Below are positions 12,601 to 25,748 of a stretch of DNA of 64,000 bases, piece after piece; the first letter of the stretch is position 1; each line of letters begins with the position of its first letter. Source of the stretch: Hormiphora californensis (taxonomy: Eukaryota; Animalia; Ctenophora); contig CM035352.1 of NCBI GenBank assembly GCA_020137815.1, forward strand, positions 1,178,001-1,242,000. The letters are read 5' to 3'. The notes below the pieces were generated by a model. The model had not been told where the DNA came from. It did no database searches and saw only the letters and a list, made by a program, of their open reading frames with translations. The translations under genes and the position numbers were made by a program.

Positions 12601-15600
12601 TGGTATACGAACTCATTACTCAAGGTAAAGTAAAACACCATCATATAATACTAAACAACACTCATAATGCTTTGGGTCAATATCCTTAAGACATATATGT
12701 GTATTCAGATACATGACATATACATCTACTTCTAGCACATTTTCACAACTGACACCCTCTCATTGTCCCATAAATTGATATCTACATTCTACACACAATT
12801 CCCCATCCCTACTACAACTTTCTCCTTACAAAGATATTGGGGTAATGTTTTTTGTCGTCAGCACGGCTTATTTCTCCATAAGTGTGTCTCTCGGAGAAGT
12901 TTGAGTATCTCTCCTTATATTAGTCCCCGCTATGACACTCAGTGGATCCAGTGTACATTTTTCAATGAACGTCATGAGTCCTTTCCGTTTCAGTTTCGCC
13001 TTCAGGACTAGGACTAGGACTAGGTCATAGGAAGCTATAAAGTTGTGGGTCCACCAGAGGTAGTAGAGAAGGAAAATTCACCTGCCCGTACATGTTGCTA
13101 AAACTCAATACATAGTTTTACCTACACAAATTGAAAACAACGGATGTTTTTAAGGTCTATACACATATTTGATCATGATGCCCCACGAGGAGGCACCAAT
13201 CATCAGTACCTAGTAAGTTTAGGCAGCATAATTTAGCTAACAAACCAATTTCACTTTTCTCCTTTCATTTTCCTACATCCCTGCTATAAACGGTCCTCCC
13301 TACCGATTCCCCAAACTCTCTCTATCTCTCTCTATAACTGGAAAACAGCCAAGTGTTCCTCAAGGAGATGATTTCAGCAGAGGGAGAGCAGACTGAATCA
13401 GTATAGAGATTTGAGAAAGAGAGCTTTCTCTCTCTCTCTTTCTCTCTCTCTATCTCTAGTCTCTATATGGTCATTTTTTTTTTAACTTGTGCAAATTTTT
13501 TTCCGAAAATGACATAAGTTCAGTTTTTTCGACTTTTATCATAGTTTTTGTCAAAAAATATTGTTTTCCAACGAATATTATGTGTAAAAGTGTATAGGGA
13601 ATATATTTACAGGCAAAATAAATCAAAAACTCATCTCGTGAGGTGCAGGTGACCATGTTTGCAAAAGCGTGTGTCATTCCGTCAAATTTTAATATTTTTT
13701 CCTAAAATTTTCGAAAATATGCTGAAAAATGTCCAATATAAACACCTTTAAAATATGTAAGCAAACTTACTCAATCTATGAGGTGCAAACGGTGTTTAAA
13801 GTTACACTGTATACTTACAGTTACTTTTAAGCCCCTAGCACCTCACATTTCACGACTTTTCCTAGCTAGATACTTGCAGTAGACTCAAAACCATCATTTG
13901 TACCAAAAAAGTTCCAAAAATTTTGCTCAATGAGTGAGGTGCACCCAAAAAACGGTATTTTCTTCAAATACTAATTGCACCTCACTCAGTGAGTATACAG
14001 TTCTAAAAGTGGCCTTAATTCGCTCATATGACATCCCCAAACACTACCTAATCGATTCCAAGGTCATTACTCAACCTGTGAGGTGCCATGGAGAAGTAGG
14101 TAAAATATGTCATTTTTTGAGGGTCTGCACCTCACTCGCTGAGTAATTTTTAGACCAAATTTTCGGTAAATCAGGAGGAAAATTGTCTAATCTTGCTTTA
14201 TGCCAAGTTTCAATTCTTTATTTACTCATTTGACCCCTAATGAGTAAACTTTTAGCTCTAAAATCGGCTTGCACCTCACCAAATGAGTAAATTTTTCCGT
14301 GGTTTTCACCTCATCTGATGAGTGAGAAATATTCCCACCATTTCTGAAAGTTTGGAGATTTTTGATCAAACGGTATTTCTACAAATCGGGGGCACCTCAC
14401 GATAGCACCTCACGGCGTAGAAATGATATAGCACCTCACTGGAGTAAGCTAGAGACTTCGTTCTTTCACTAAATTGAACTTTCAATATTTCTCGATTTTT
14501 TGAGGTGCTGAGTAAATTTCCAGTGGCCACAGCTATTTTGCTATGATCATTTGAAAAAATTTGGTAGTTGCACAAGTTAAAAAAAAAAATGACCATATAT
14601 TAATACTGATTCAGTCTGCTCTCCCTCTGCTGAAATCATCTCCTTGAGGAACACTCGGCTGTTTTCCAGTTATAGAGATGATTTTTCTCTTACAATGCCC
14701 ACGTACTGCTGCAGTATAACACCAAGCTATATCTCGCTTTGTCTTTGTCTCGATTCACAAACGATCTATCATATATAGTACATAACGTTCTGCACGCAGT
14801 GCAAGCGTGCCATATACGCTCTGCACTGCAGAGCGTATATGGAGGTGAAATGCACGACAGCGCAGCTGGAGTGCATTTCACACCTATATTGCACGAGTGA
14901 AACGAGTGCGATATAGGAGCGCTTGCACATGCCGTGCAGGACGTTATTGAGTATATATTCCGCGAGAAAGCACATGACAAGCAAAACAATCATAATTTTG
15001 GGTGATTACACACAGAGAGATGTGACAAAACAAGGTACAAACTAAGCAAAACTACACAAAAATACACTTCTACACCGGTTACACACAAGGGAGACAAGGT
15101 CTGATAGTTTGAAACAGTGAAAAGAAGAGAGAGATAAAGAGAGAGATGCGAGAGAGGGAGATTGGAATTCTTGGAAATAGCAAACAACAAAACGTGTAAG
15201 GGGATAATTAGTGAGAGAAAGAGGGAGAGTGAGTGTAATTTGACAGACTTTGTGCCGTGTAGTACCTTGTCAGTCATATTCTGTGTGTTTGTGTGTGATT
15301 AAGGGTACGCTAACCAAAATTTTTTTTCGAGTGCAGGGAAATCTCTCACCGTAGGGTTGTAGGCCATGCCAAGGAGACCTCAAATATGCAATTTGAGCTC
15401 TCAAGTCGAATTCATATTTTTGCTACAGCTGTTTAAAAAATGTCCTGTAAATACGTTTTTGGCATCTCAAAAAAAAATTTTTAAAAGATAGGAGCATGAA
15501 AATTTGGGGATTTGAAGAGGACAAAGAGGTGAGTAGCCACAAAAATGTTTTTTGCAATCCGAGCTGATTTCCGGTCCTGAGATGGATTTCTTTTTTTCCA

Positions 15601-18600
15601 CTTTAACGCCCTATTTGGCAAAGTTCCGAAAACATGTGAAAGCTGTAAATTGGTGAAAAGTTGCGTCTAACGATTATCTAAGTGGCCATAAATTTTGGGC
15701 GTGTCCTTATTTGAGATAAGCTGTACAGAGTTTTTTTTGTGAAAGCCGTCATTTCAGAAATAAATAAATTCCCTGTATCTCAAAAACGACTGATCGTAGA
15801 GACCTGAGACTATGCTTAAACGATTCAGAAGGTCCGATTTTGGGGGGGTCTTCTGAGAGACATTTTGCTCCTACTTCAACCGTTTTTGCTGTAATTGCGA
15901 AAAACAAATTCTATGAAAAGGGCAAAAGCTAAAATCCAATATCCTGTAATTAGGGAATTTTAGCTAAGAAAGGACCGTAACTATGGAAAAATGTGTAACA
16001 CTCTAATTCCTTCACTATTTGGTCCATATGGATCCCTATAATCACCAAAAACAAAATCACAAAAAATCCACGATGGCGAATATGGGTTTTTGTTTTTCGC
16101 AATTACAGCAAAAACGGTTGAAGTAGGAGCAAAATGTCTCTCAGAAGACCCCCCCAAAATCGGACCTTCTGAATCGTTTAAGCATAGTCTCAGGTCTCTA
16201 CGATCAGTCGTTTTTGAGATACAGGGAATTTATTTATTTCTGAAATGACGGCTTTCACAAAAAAAACTCTGTACGACACACCTCAAATAAGGATGCGCCC
16301 AAAATTTATGGCCATATAGAGAATCGTTAGACGCAACTTTTCACCAATTTACAGCTTTCACATATTTTCGGAACTTGGCCAAATATGGCGTTAAAGTCAA
16401 AAAAAAGAAATCCATCTCAGGACCGGAAATCAGCTCGGATTGCAAAAAACATTTTTGTGGCTACTCACCTCTTTGTCCTCTTCAAATCCCCAAATTTTCA
16501 TGCTCCTATCTTTTAAAAATTTTTTTTGAGATGCCAAAAACGTATTTACAGGACATTTTTTAAACAGCTGTAGCAAAAATATGAATTCGACTTGAGAGCT
16601 CAAATTGCATATTTGAGGTCTCCTTGGCATGGCCTACAACCCTACGGTGAGAGATTTCCCTGCACTCGAAAAAAAATTTTGGTTAGCGTACCCTTAATCA
16701 CACACAAACACACAGAATATGACTGACAAGGTACTACACGGCACAAAGTCTGTCAAATTACACTCACTCTCCCTCTTTCTCTCACTAATTATCCCCTTAC
16801 ACGTTTTGTTGTTTGCTATTTCCAAGAATTCCAATCTCCCTCTCTCGCATCTCTCTCTTTATCTCTCTCTTCTTTTCACTGTTTCAAACTATCAGACCTT
16901 GTCTCCCTTGTGTGTAACCGGTGTAGAAGTGTATTTTTGTGTAGTTTTGCTTAGTTTGTACCTTGTTTTGTCACATCTCTCTGTGTGTAATCACCCAAAA
17001 TTATGATTGTTTTGCTTGTCATGTGCTTTCTCGCGGAATATATACTCAATAACGTCCTGCACGGCATGTGCAAGCGCTCCTATATCGCACTCGTTTCACT
17101 CGTGCAATATAGGTGTGAAATGCACTCCAGCTGCGCTGTCGTGCATTTCACCTCCATATACGCTCTGCAGTGCAGAGCGTATATGGCACGCTTGCACTGC
17201 GTGCAGAACGTTATGTACTATATATGATAGATCGTTTGTGAATCGAGACAAAGACAAAGCGAGATATAGCTTGGTGTTATACTGCAGCAGTACGTGGGCA
17301 TTGTAAGAGAAAAATCATCTCTATAACTGGAAAACAGCCGAGTGTTCCTCAAGGAGATGATTTCAGCAGAGGGAGAGCAGACTGAATCAGTATAGAGATT
17401 AGAGAAAGAGAGCTTTCTCTCTCTCTTTCTCTCTCTCTATCTCTAGTCTCTATATGGTCATTTTTTTTTTAACTTGTGCAAATTTTTTTCCGAAAATGAC
17501 ATAAGTTCAGTTTTTTCGACTTTTATCATAGTTTTTGTCAAAAAATATTGTTTTCCAACGAATATTATGTGTAAAAGTGTATAGGGAATATATTTACAGG
17601 CAAAATAAATCAAAAACTCATCTCGTGAGGTGCAGGTGACCATGTTTGCAAAAGCGTGTGTCATTCCGTCAAATTTTAATATTTTTTCCTAAAATTTTCG
17701 AAAATATGCTGAAAAATGTCCAATATAAACACCTTTAAAATATGTAAGCAAACTTACTCAATCTATGAGGTGCAAACGGTGTTTAAAGTTACACTGTATA
17801 CTTACAGTTACTTTTAAGCCCCTAGCACCTCACATTTCACGACTTTTCCTAGCTAGATACTTGCAGTAGACTCAAAACCATCATTTGTACCAAAAAAGTT
17901 CCAAAAATTTTGCTCAATGAGTGAGGTGCACCCAAAAAACGGTATTTTCTTCAAATACTAATTGCACCTCACTCAGTGAGTATACAGTTCTAAAAGTGGC
18001 CTTAATTCGCTCATATGACATCCCCAAACACTACCTAATCGATTCCAAGGTCATTACTCAACCTGTGAGGTGCCATGGAGAAGTAGGTAAAATATGTCAT
18101 TTTTTGAGGGTCTGCACCTCACTCGCTGAGTAATTTTTAGACCAAATTTTCGGTAAATCAGGAGGAAAATTGTCTAATCTTGCTTTATGCCAAGTTTCAA
18201 TTCTTTATTTACTCATTTGACCCCTAATGAGTAAACTTTTAGCTCTAAAATCGGCTTGCACCTCACCAAATGAGTAAATTTTTCCGTGGTTTTCACCTCA
18301 TCTGATGAGTGAGAAATATTCCCACCATTTCTGAAAGTTTGGAGATTTTTGATCAAACGGTATTTCTACAAATCGGGGGCACCTCACGATAGCACCTCAC
18401 GGCGTAGAAATGATATAGCACCTCACTGGAGTAAGCTAGAGACTTCGTTCTTTCACTAAATTGAACTTTCAATATTTCTCGATTTTTTGAGGTGCTGAGT
18501 AAATTTCCAGTGGCCACAGCTATTTTGCTATGATCATTTGAAAAAATTTGGTAGTTGCACAAGTTAAAAAAAAAAATGACCATATATTAATACTGATTCA

Positions 18601-21600
18601 GTCTGCTCTCCCTCTGCTGAAATCATCTCCTTGAGGAACACTCGGCTGTTTTCCAGTTATAGAGATGATTTTTCTCTTACAATGCCCACGTACTGCTGCA
18701 GTATAACACCAAGCTATATCTCGCTTTGTCTTTGTCTCGATTCACAAACGATCTATCATATATAGTACATAACGTTCTGCACGCAGTGCAAGCGTGCCAT
18801 ATACGCTCTGCACTGCAGAGCGTATATGGAGGTGAAATGCACGACAGCGCAGCTGGAGTGCATTTCACACCTATATTGCACGAGTGAAACGAGTGCGATA
18901 TAGGAGCGCTTGCACATGCCGTGCAGGACGTTATTGAGTATATATTCCGCGAGAAAGCACATGACAAGCAAAACAATCATAATTTTGGGTGATTACACAC
19001 AGAGAGATGTGACAAAACAAGGTACAAACTAAGCAAAACTACACAAAAATACACTTCTACACCGGTTACACACAAGGGAGACAAGGTCTGATAGTTTGAA
19101 ACAGTGAAAAGAAGAGAGAGATAAAGAGAGAGATGCGAGAGAGGGAGATTGGAATTCTTGGAAATAGCAAACAACAAAACGTGTAAGGGGATAATTAGTG
19201 AGAGAAAGAGGGAGAGTGAGTGTAATTTGACAGACTTTGTGCCGTGTAGTACCTTGTCAGTCATATTCTGTGTGTTTGTGTGTGATTAAGGGTACGCTAA
19301 CCAAAATTTTTTTTCGAGTGCAGGGAAATCTCTCACCGTAGGGTTGTAGGCCATGCCAAGGAGACCTCAAATATGCAATTTGAGCTCTCAAGTCGAATTC
19401 ATATTTTTGCTACAGCTGTTTAAAAAATGTCCTGTAAATACGTTTTTGGCATCTCAAAAAAATTTTTAAAAGATAGGAGCATGAAAATTTGGGGATTTGA
19501 AGAGGACAAAGAGGTGAGTAGCCACAAAAAATTTTTTTGCAATCCGAGCTGATTTCCGGTCCTGAGATGGATTTCTTTTTTTTCACTTTAACGCCCTATT
19601 TGGCAAAGTTCCGAAAACATGTGAAAGCTGTAAATTGGTGAAAAGTTGCGTCTAACGATTATCTAAGTGGCCATAAATTTTGGGCGTGTCCTTATTTGAG
19701 ATAAGCTGTACAGAGTTTTTTTTGTGAAAGCCGTCATTTCAGAAATAAATAAATTCCCTGTATCTCAAAAACGACTGATCGTAGAGACCTGAGACTATGC
19801 TTAAACGATTCAGAAGGTCCGATTTTGGGGGGGTCTTCTGAGAGACATTTTGCTCCTACTTCAACCGTTTTTGCTGTAATTGCGAAAAACAAATTCTATG
19901 AAAAGGGCAAAAGCTAAAATCCAATATCCTGTAATTAGGGAATTTTAGCTAAGAAAGGACCGTAACTATGGAAAAATGTGTAACACTCTAATTCCTTCAC
20001 TATTTGGTCCATATGGATCCCTATAATCACCAAAAACAAAATCACAAAAAATCCACGATGGCGAATATGGGTTTTTGTTTTTCGCAATTACAGCAAAAAC
20101 GGTTGAAGTAGGAGCAAAATGTCTCTCAGAAGACCCCCCCAAAATCGGACCTTCTGAATCGTTTAAGCATAGTCTCAGGTCTCTACGATCAGTCGTTTTT
20201 GAGATACAGGGAATTTATTTATTTCTGAAATGACGGCTTTCACAAAAAAAACTCTGTACGACACACCTCAAATAAGGATGCGCCCAAAATTTATGGCCAT
20301 ATAGAGAATCGTTAGACGCAACTTTTCACCAATTTACAGCTTTCACATATTTTCGGAACTTGGCCAAATATGGCGTTAAAGTCAAAAAAAAGAAATCCAT
20401 CTCAGGACCGGAAATCAGCTCGGATTGCAAAAAAAAATTTTGTGGTTATTCACCTTCATGTCCTCTTCAAATCCCCAAATTTTTATGATCCTATCTTTAC
20501 AAATGTATTTTTAAGATGCCAAAAACTTATTTTCAGTTCATTTTTCAAGCAGCTGTAGCAAAAATATGAATTCGACTTGAGAGCTCAAATTGCATATTTG
20601 AGGTCTCCTTGGCATGGCCTACAACCCTACGGTGAGAGATTTCCCTGCACTCGAAAAAAAATTTTGGTTAGCGTACCCTTAAGGTGTAAAAACACTGCGA
20701 GAACACATTTCTTACTTATATCCCGCTACCTCTATATCTGCACGCTCCCGCGGAAGCAGAGTGCATATTTCACCGTGCAAATGGTCGCGCGGAGCGGGAG
20801 TGATATGTGCACTCGCGGGATATATATATAACGCCCACTGTGCATCTTTTGGAGAAATAACACCCGCGCGGTAGCGGGCTGATATGACTGAATCCGAAGT
20901 GATAAATCTCATAACGCCCGCTATAAAAGTGCAATTTATTACACGCAAGAATTCACCCAAAAAGGGGTGAAAACTCTTTCTTTTGTTTGTGTGTACACAC
21001 TGTTGCAAAGAGAGAGAGATTGACACAACAAGGGGCGGCAGAATGGCGACAAGAGAGAGAGACAAGAGAGACATTGGTAATCGTTATCTCTCTCTATTTA
21101 ATTAGCACCAAATAGTTCGCTTGTGTGTGTGTGAGTGTCTAGACATGTCTGGAGTTGAAAAGGGAACATATTTTAAGGGTTGACATGAGTTGTGTTGCCT
21201 CTCTCTCGCTGTGTCATTATTTGTTGTTGAACTGTGAAACTTTGATGATGTTGAATAGTTTGTCAAATTGAGTTGAAAAACTTGAAAGGGGATTAGTGTT
21301 GTTCTCTCCTTGCTTGCAGTGGGCGTTATATGCTATAACACCTTATGTGTATCAAATATATCGCCCTCACTACGTTCGGGGCGATATATTGCATATCACG
21401 CCCCGCGCGGGGCGCGATATACAGATACACACCGGTGTTATAGCACATATATACAGTCGGACCCCGATTTACCGGGATGCTCGGGGGAAATGGTTTTGCC
21501 CGGTAAATCGGGGTGCCCGGTATATCGGGGTGAAATACTGTAAATTTCCTATATCGGGGGAAGTTTACCCTCCCGGTAAATCGGGGTTCCGGTAAATCGG

Positions 21601-21836
21601 GGCCCGGTAAATAGGGGTCCGACTGTATATACATAATACACGGGATTACTCGTTCGTCACGTTGCATTTCGTTTCACTTTTGCTTGTCTCAGACACCAAA
21701 AAGGGCTATTTTTCTCAATAAAATGCAACTCAAATCTGTCTCTAGTTCTCATTTCCATCACACATGACCTCCCAGTTACCACTGAACTGTCTCTCGAGCC
21801 AGGCCTGGTCTCATTACTAAATTACAGCTACATTTT

Positions 21837-21921
<85 letters not shown>

Positions 21922-24900
21922 CTTTCTTGCTATTGTGGTCCAACATTATATTTCAAAGCCAAAGCCAAAGTCTCTCTCTCTCTCTCTCTCTCGCTTTCTC
22001 TCTCTCTCTTTCTCTCTCTCTATCTCTAGTCTCTATATATTAATACTGATTCAGTCTGCTCTCCCTCTGCTGAAATCATCTCCTTGAGGAACACTCGGCT
22101 GTTTTCCAGTTATAGAGATGGTTTTTCTATTACAATGCCCACGTACTGCTCTCTCTCTCTCTCTTCCTCGCTTTCTCGCTCTCTCTTTCTCTCTCTCTAT
22201 CTCTAGTCTCTATATATTAATACTGATTCAGTCTGCTCTCCCTCTGCTGAAATCATCTCCTTGAGGAACACTCGGCTGTTTTCCAGTTATAGAGATGATT
22301 TTTCTCTTACAATGCCCACGTACTGCTGCAGTATAACACCAAGCTATATCTCGCTTTGTCTTTGTCTCGATTCCCAAACGATCTATCATATATATACCGC
22401 ACGGCCCAAAAAAAACTAAGGGTACGTTGGCCTTATGTTCTCCCAGAATTTTAATTTTGATCACTCTGATATTTTGTCACAATATTTTTATGGTTACTCA
22501 TTCGAGGAATCCGCAGTTTCAAAACATAAAAGTGTGAAGTTCATGAATGAACCTATTTTCTCGTTTTTCGGGTTTTCCCACGTTTTCTCATGGTTAAATT
22601 CGATTTTATTCTTAAAAATAGCAACCATGCATTAGAGTAAACAATAATATATAGCAATCCGAGTTTTTATTAAAAATGAATCAAGTTTAGTTGATGAAAT
22701 AAATGATTAAAAAACAGTTATTTTTACCAAACATCGATTTTAACCCGTTTTGACAAGAAATTGGTAAACTCAGGCGCTAAAAATTCGTACGGCCATTACA
22801 CTTGATCGATATTGATGTTAGCCAGAATTTCGGCTCTTTATCTAAAAATTCATTTTTACGACTGGAATGAATCCTAAATGAACTTGAAAACAAGAAAGCT
22901 ATTACAAATCGGAATTTCACAGCCGCCTTTGGGTAACGATTTCCTTTCAAACGCGACTAATTTTAGCTCAATTGGACCACCACAAGAGACACAGTGGCCA
23001 CTTTTCCGACACTAGGTCTGGCCAAGTGACCCCTATTGAACCGCTAGCGTCATTAATAAGTGCCAATAAGCAGGTGTAACGGTCGCGTATCACGTATCAC
23101 ATCTGCTAATTACGACGTTATACCGATACAGCGTCCGTTAGAATATTATAAGTTCTCTTGCTAACCTAGGCTTGGTAAACTGGTCACTGTGATTCTTGTG
23201 GTGATCCAATTAAGCTCAAACTGGTCGCGTTCGAAAGAAAATCGATAGCCAAACAAATTTGTAAAACTTTGGTACCAAAATATGGTCATTCATGAACTTC
23301 ACACTTTTATGTTTTGAAACTCCGGATTCCTCGAAAGAGTAACCATACAAATATTGTGACAAAATATCAGAGTGATTGAAATTAAAATTCCTTAGTATTT
23401 TTGGGCCGTGCGGTATATCTAGCTGATTTCTCTCCGCAATTCCTTTATCATTTATTTATTCCTTCAGAATTCTGCCCATAACTCTTACAACTCAAGTTGG
23501 GTAGTCATTGTTGGTCATGCCTAGATGCCAGAATCCAGGTGTGACCAGGATGACCAGCGCCGGGCCGAGAAGGCACTGGGGGCAAAGGGGGGCAAACAAG
23601 GGGCATTGGGAGTTTCGTTATAGTTTCACAAAGGGCCCCAACTTCGGTGACACTAAGGACGTGGAGATGTCGCGAGAAAAAAAAAACTCTTACAACTTGC
23701 TCCTTCATCAATGTTTTTTCACCGCTACACAAATCTCGCTCACGTTTCTATTCTTCTGTAGTGATTTTCAGCCGAAAAACTCCTTTTTGGCACAATTTTG
23801 AGACGTTTTGACGGCAGGGTAGTGTAGTGGCTAGTACACTCACCTCTCACGCACTAAGTCGAGGCTCGATCCTGGTCTAGCACATGTTGTCTAGTCCACC
23901 TAGCTATGATTGGTAGAGGCTCCCTTGAGAGACCCGAAAGTGACACGAGTGGATGTAGAGCCCCGATATGTTGCAGAGAAATCTGTACCGTGGCTGAAAT
24001 CTATGATCCTAGTCGGCCTGCTTTGCTTTCCTTGCTTTGTTACTCCATAACCTGGCTATTTCTCAACTAGTTTTGAATTATTGGGCTCTTTAGAGAGAGG
24101 GTATTGAGATCTTTTCAAAAAGTTACAGCTTGATTTAACATTGCCTAAAAATGTATGTGCAAGTCCTTCCCATCGTTGCTCTAGGCCCTCTCAGTTTGTG
24201 CACGTGGAAACTACATCACCACGCCACTCATTCGCTTTATTCTAATAGGGATGTTGTTGTTTACATTGACAGTAGTTGTCCTACTATCATGGCCACCTGC
24301 CGTGCTGACAGGATTATCCGGACATCAACTTGCTGTCAGTGAACTCACCGCAAAAAGCGATAGACCTAACACTAAGGTAGGTTAACTACTTACTTTATGT
24401 TAAATAAATACAATTGGACCGTGATTCTCGGGGGAAGGGTTGTATTCCAGGAGGTACTTGTTATATAGGGGAAATAAATTCGTGTGGTAAATCGTGGTTC
24501 TGTTATATTGTGGTGTCCTACTGTAATACTAAATCTGTCTATCATTTTAATGCCATTGTTAGAAAATAATGAAATTAATCTTGTTAATCACCGAATTTCT
24601 CAGCCAGAGAAAGCCGTGGATGGTGACCCTGATACATTTTATCATTCAAGCTATGCAAACCAACCGGAATGGCTAAAACTGACATTGCAATCAGAGTCTA
24701 ATATCGCCTACGTTGTCATCATAAACAGGTGGGTAAACAAACGATGTAGACCACGGAAGTTTAATTTAGTGTGGTCTTCAACTGTTCAAAAAACTAATAT
24801 GTTTATATTTAGATGGAAGGGCGATCGAGATCGGCTGTTGGGAACAAATATATCCCTTATTGGAGCTACAGCTAACACGACTTGTGGAACTATCGAGTCT

Positions 24901-25748
24901 GTCAGTGATGTAAAATCTGTGGAAGCACAGACCTACACAGTTCCCTGTCCTGCTACCAAAGAATTGACCCAGGCTGTCTTGCTATATGACGCAGTGCCGA
25001 CATCATATGATGAGGAAGAGGACAAGAACATCATGAATGTAGGAGAAGTTATGGTATACGAACTCATTACTCAAGGTAAAGTAAAACACCATAATATACT
25101 AAACAACTCTCCCATTCATAATGCTTTGGGTCAGTATCCCTAGCACACATGTGTATATTCAGATACATGTCATTACATACATCTACTTCTAGTACATCCA
25201 CACACCTTACACCCCAGACCATCCCTACTTTAACTTAACTATAATCCTTACAAAGATATTGGGGCAAGGGTAACTAAGAAGAGTCCAAAAAGATTATACT
25301 GCTAGTATTTATTCATCACGCTGAACTTATGAATTTTTGATAAAATAAAAATATAGCTATTTGATATCACCATAACAGCGATGTTTGTGAGGTATAATGA
25401 TTGTTACCTGACGCAAAGCGGGTTCCATCCCTGTTGTAACACACACAGTACACGGCATCCTTGTGTCCCTTTAGAGGTGCAATGAACTCTCCATTCAAAG
25501 CATTGAACACTCGAATAAGACTGCTTGTAGCAGCTAAGACACGTGTTCCTGAAAGAGTTCAGATTGGTATTTATGTACAAAAATCAAAACAAATTAACTG
25601 TCTGCCTTATCCAAACCTACCACAGTAATATTAGTATAATTGTCAACTCACCATCTGGCTTTGCAGCGACACCGTAAACTATACAATCCTGATCATCTGA
25701 CTTGTCTTTGTCGTCTATTTGCTCCACCCATATTGGGCACGGCTTCAT
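6680..25748 (-). CDS. IFT122: Intraflagellar transport protein 122 (WD40 + TPR + C-terminal Zn ribbon)
   Basis: Exon 1 25748-25652 (MKPCPIW...VAAKPDG); exon 2 ~25548-25408 ([22 protein letters not shown]); exon 3 from 10986 ([57 protein letters not shown]); further exons to CPFCR and stop at 6680. Two apparent +1 frameshifts near 9540 and 9127. Confidence 0.95.
7997..8065. mobile_element. Micro-MITE TTGGTAATGAAATT..GGTGACTTCGTAACCAA (also 12207-12262 and ~404-459)
   Basis: Imperfect TIRs; 9-bp flanking direct repeats CCTAGTTAT/CCTAGTTGT here and ATGTAAGAG/ATGTAAGAG at 12207-12262. Confidence 0.7.
11710..12716 (+). CDS. Secreted F-type lectin / F5-8 type C-like protein, paralog 1 (nested antisense in IFT122 intron 2)
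   Basis: Exons 11710-11835 (signal peptide [19 protein letters not shown]), 12047-12171 ([29 protein letters not shown]), 12350-12624 ([22 protein letters not shown]) and 12709-12716. Phases are consistent. Confidence 0.8.
13469..14594. mobile_element. Non-autonomous TIR element A, copy 1 (GGTCATTTTTTTTTTAACTTGTGCAA termini, ATAT target duplication, internal GCACCTCA motifs)
   Basis: TIRs are visible; the empty site ctct-atat-attaatactg occurs at ~22031 and ~22208. Confidence 0.85.
15303..16693. mobile_element. Foldback element B, copy 1: ~600-bp TIRs, GGG..CCC termini, TTAA flanks (Kolobok-like non-autonomous)
   Basis: TTAA|GGGTACGCTAACC...GGTTAGCGTACCC|TTAA. Purine-start termini with TTAA fit Kolobok rather than piggyBac (inference). 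Confidence 0.8.
17456..18581. mobile_element. TIR element A, copy 2 (part of 3987-bp direct duplication)
   Basis: Essentially identical to 13469-14594 at offset 3987. Confidence 0.85.
19290..20678. mobile_element. Foldback element B, copy 2
   Basis: Same termini and TTAA flanks as copy 1; the right arm retains diverged positions. Confidence 0.8.
21454..21625. mobile_element. Tc1/pogo-type MITE (TA|CAGTCGGACCCCGATTTACCGG..GGGGTCCGACTG|TA)
   Basis: TIRs with TA flanks; related pieces at ~32741-32838 and ~39191-39250. Confidence 0.8.
22397..23413. mobile_element. Non-autonomous TIR element (TA|CCGCACGGCCCAAAAA..TTTTTGGGCCGTGCGG|TA), Tc1/mariner-like target
   Basis: ~130-150-bp imperfect TIRs with TA flanks; internal sequence shared with 56104-58608. 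Confidence 0.8.
23813..24040 (+). mobile_element. tRNA-derived SINE-like element or tRNA pseudogene
   Basis: A-box-like TAGTGTAGTGGCTA and B-box-like GGCTCGATCC at tRNA-like spacing; poor cloverleaf; ends in (GCTTT)-like tail. Confidence 0.45.
24251..25233 (+). CDS. Secreted F-type lectin / F5-8 type C-like protein, paralog 2 (nested antisense in IFT122 intron 2)
   Basis: Exons 24251-24376, 24604-24728, 24813-25075 and 25163-25233, with the same intron positions as paralog 1. The 3' end is uncertain: paralog 1's TGA is TGT here. Confidence 0.78.

Noticed and set aside
13471-19264. Repeated short ORFs (68-99 aa)
   Set aside because: Products of duplicated or inverted non-coding TE sequence.
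23813-23890. Functional tRNA gene
   Set aside because: Anticodon and acceptor stems pair poorly; better read as a SINE head.
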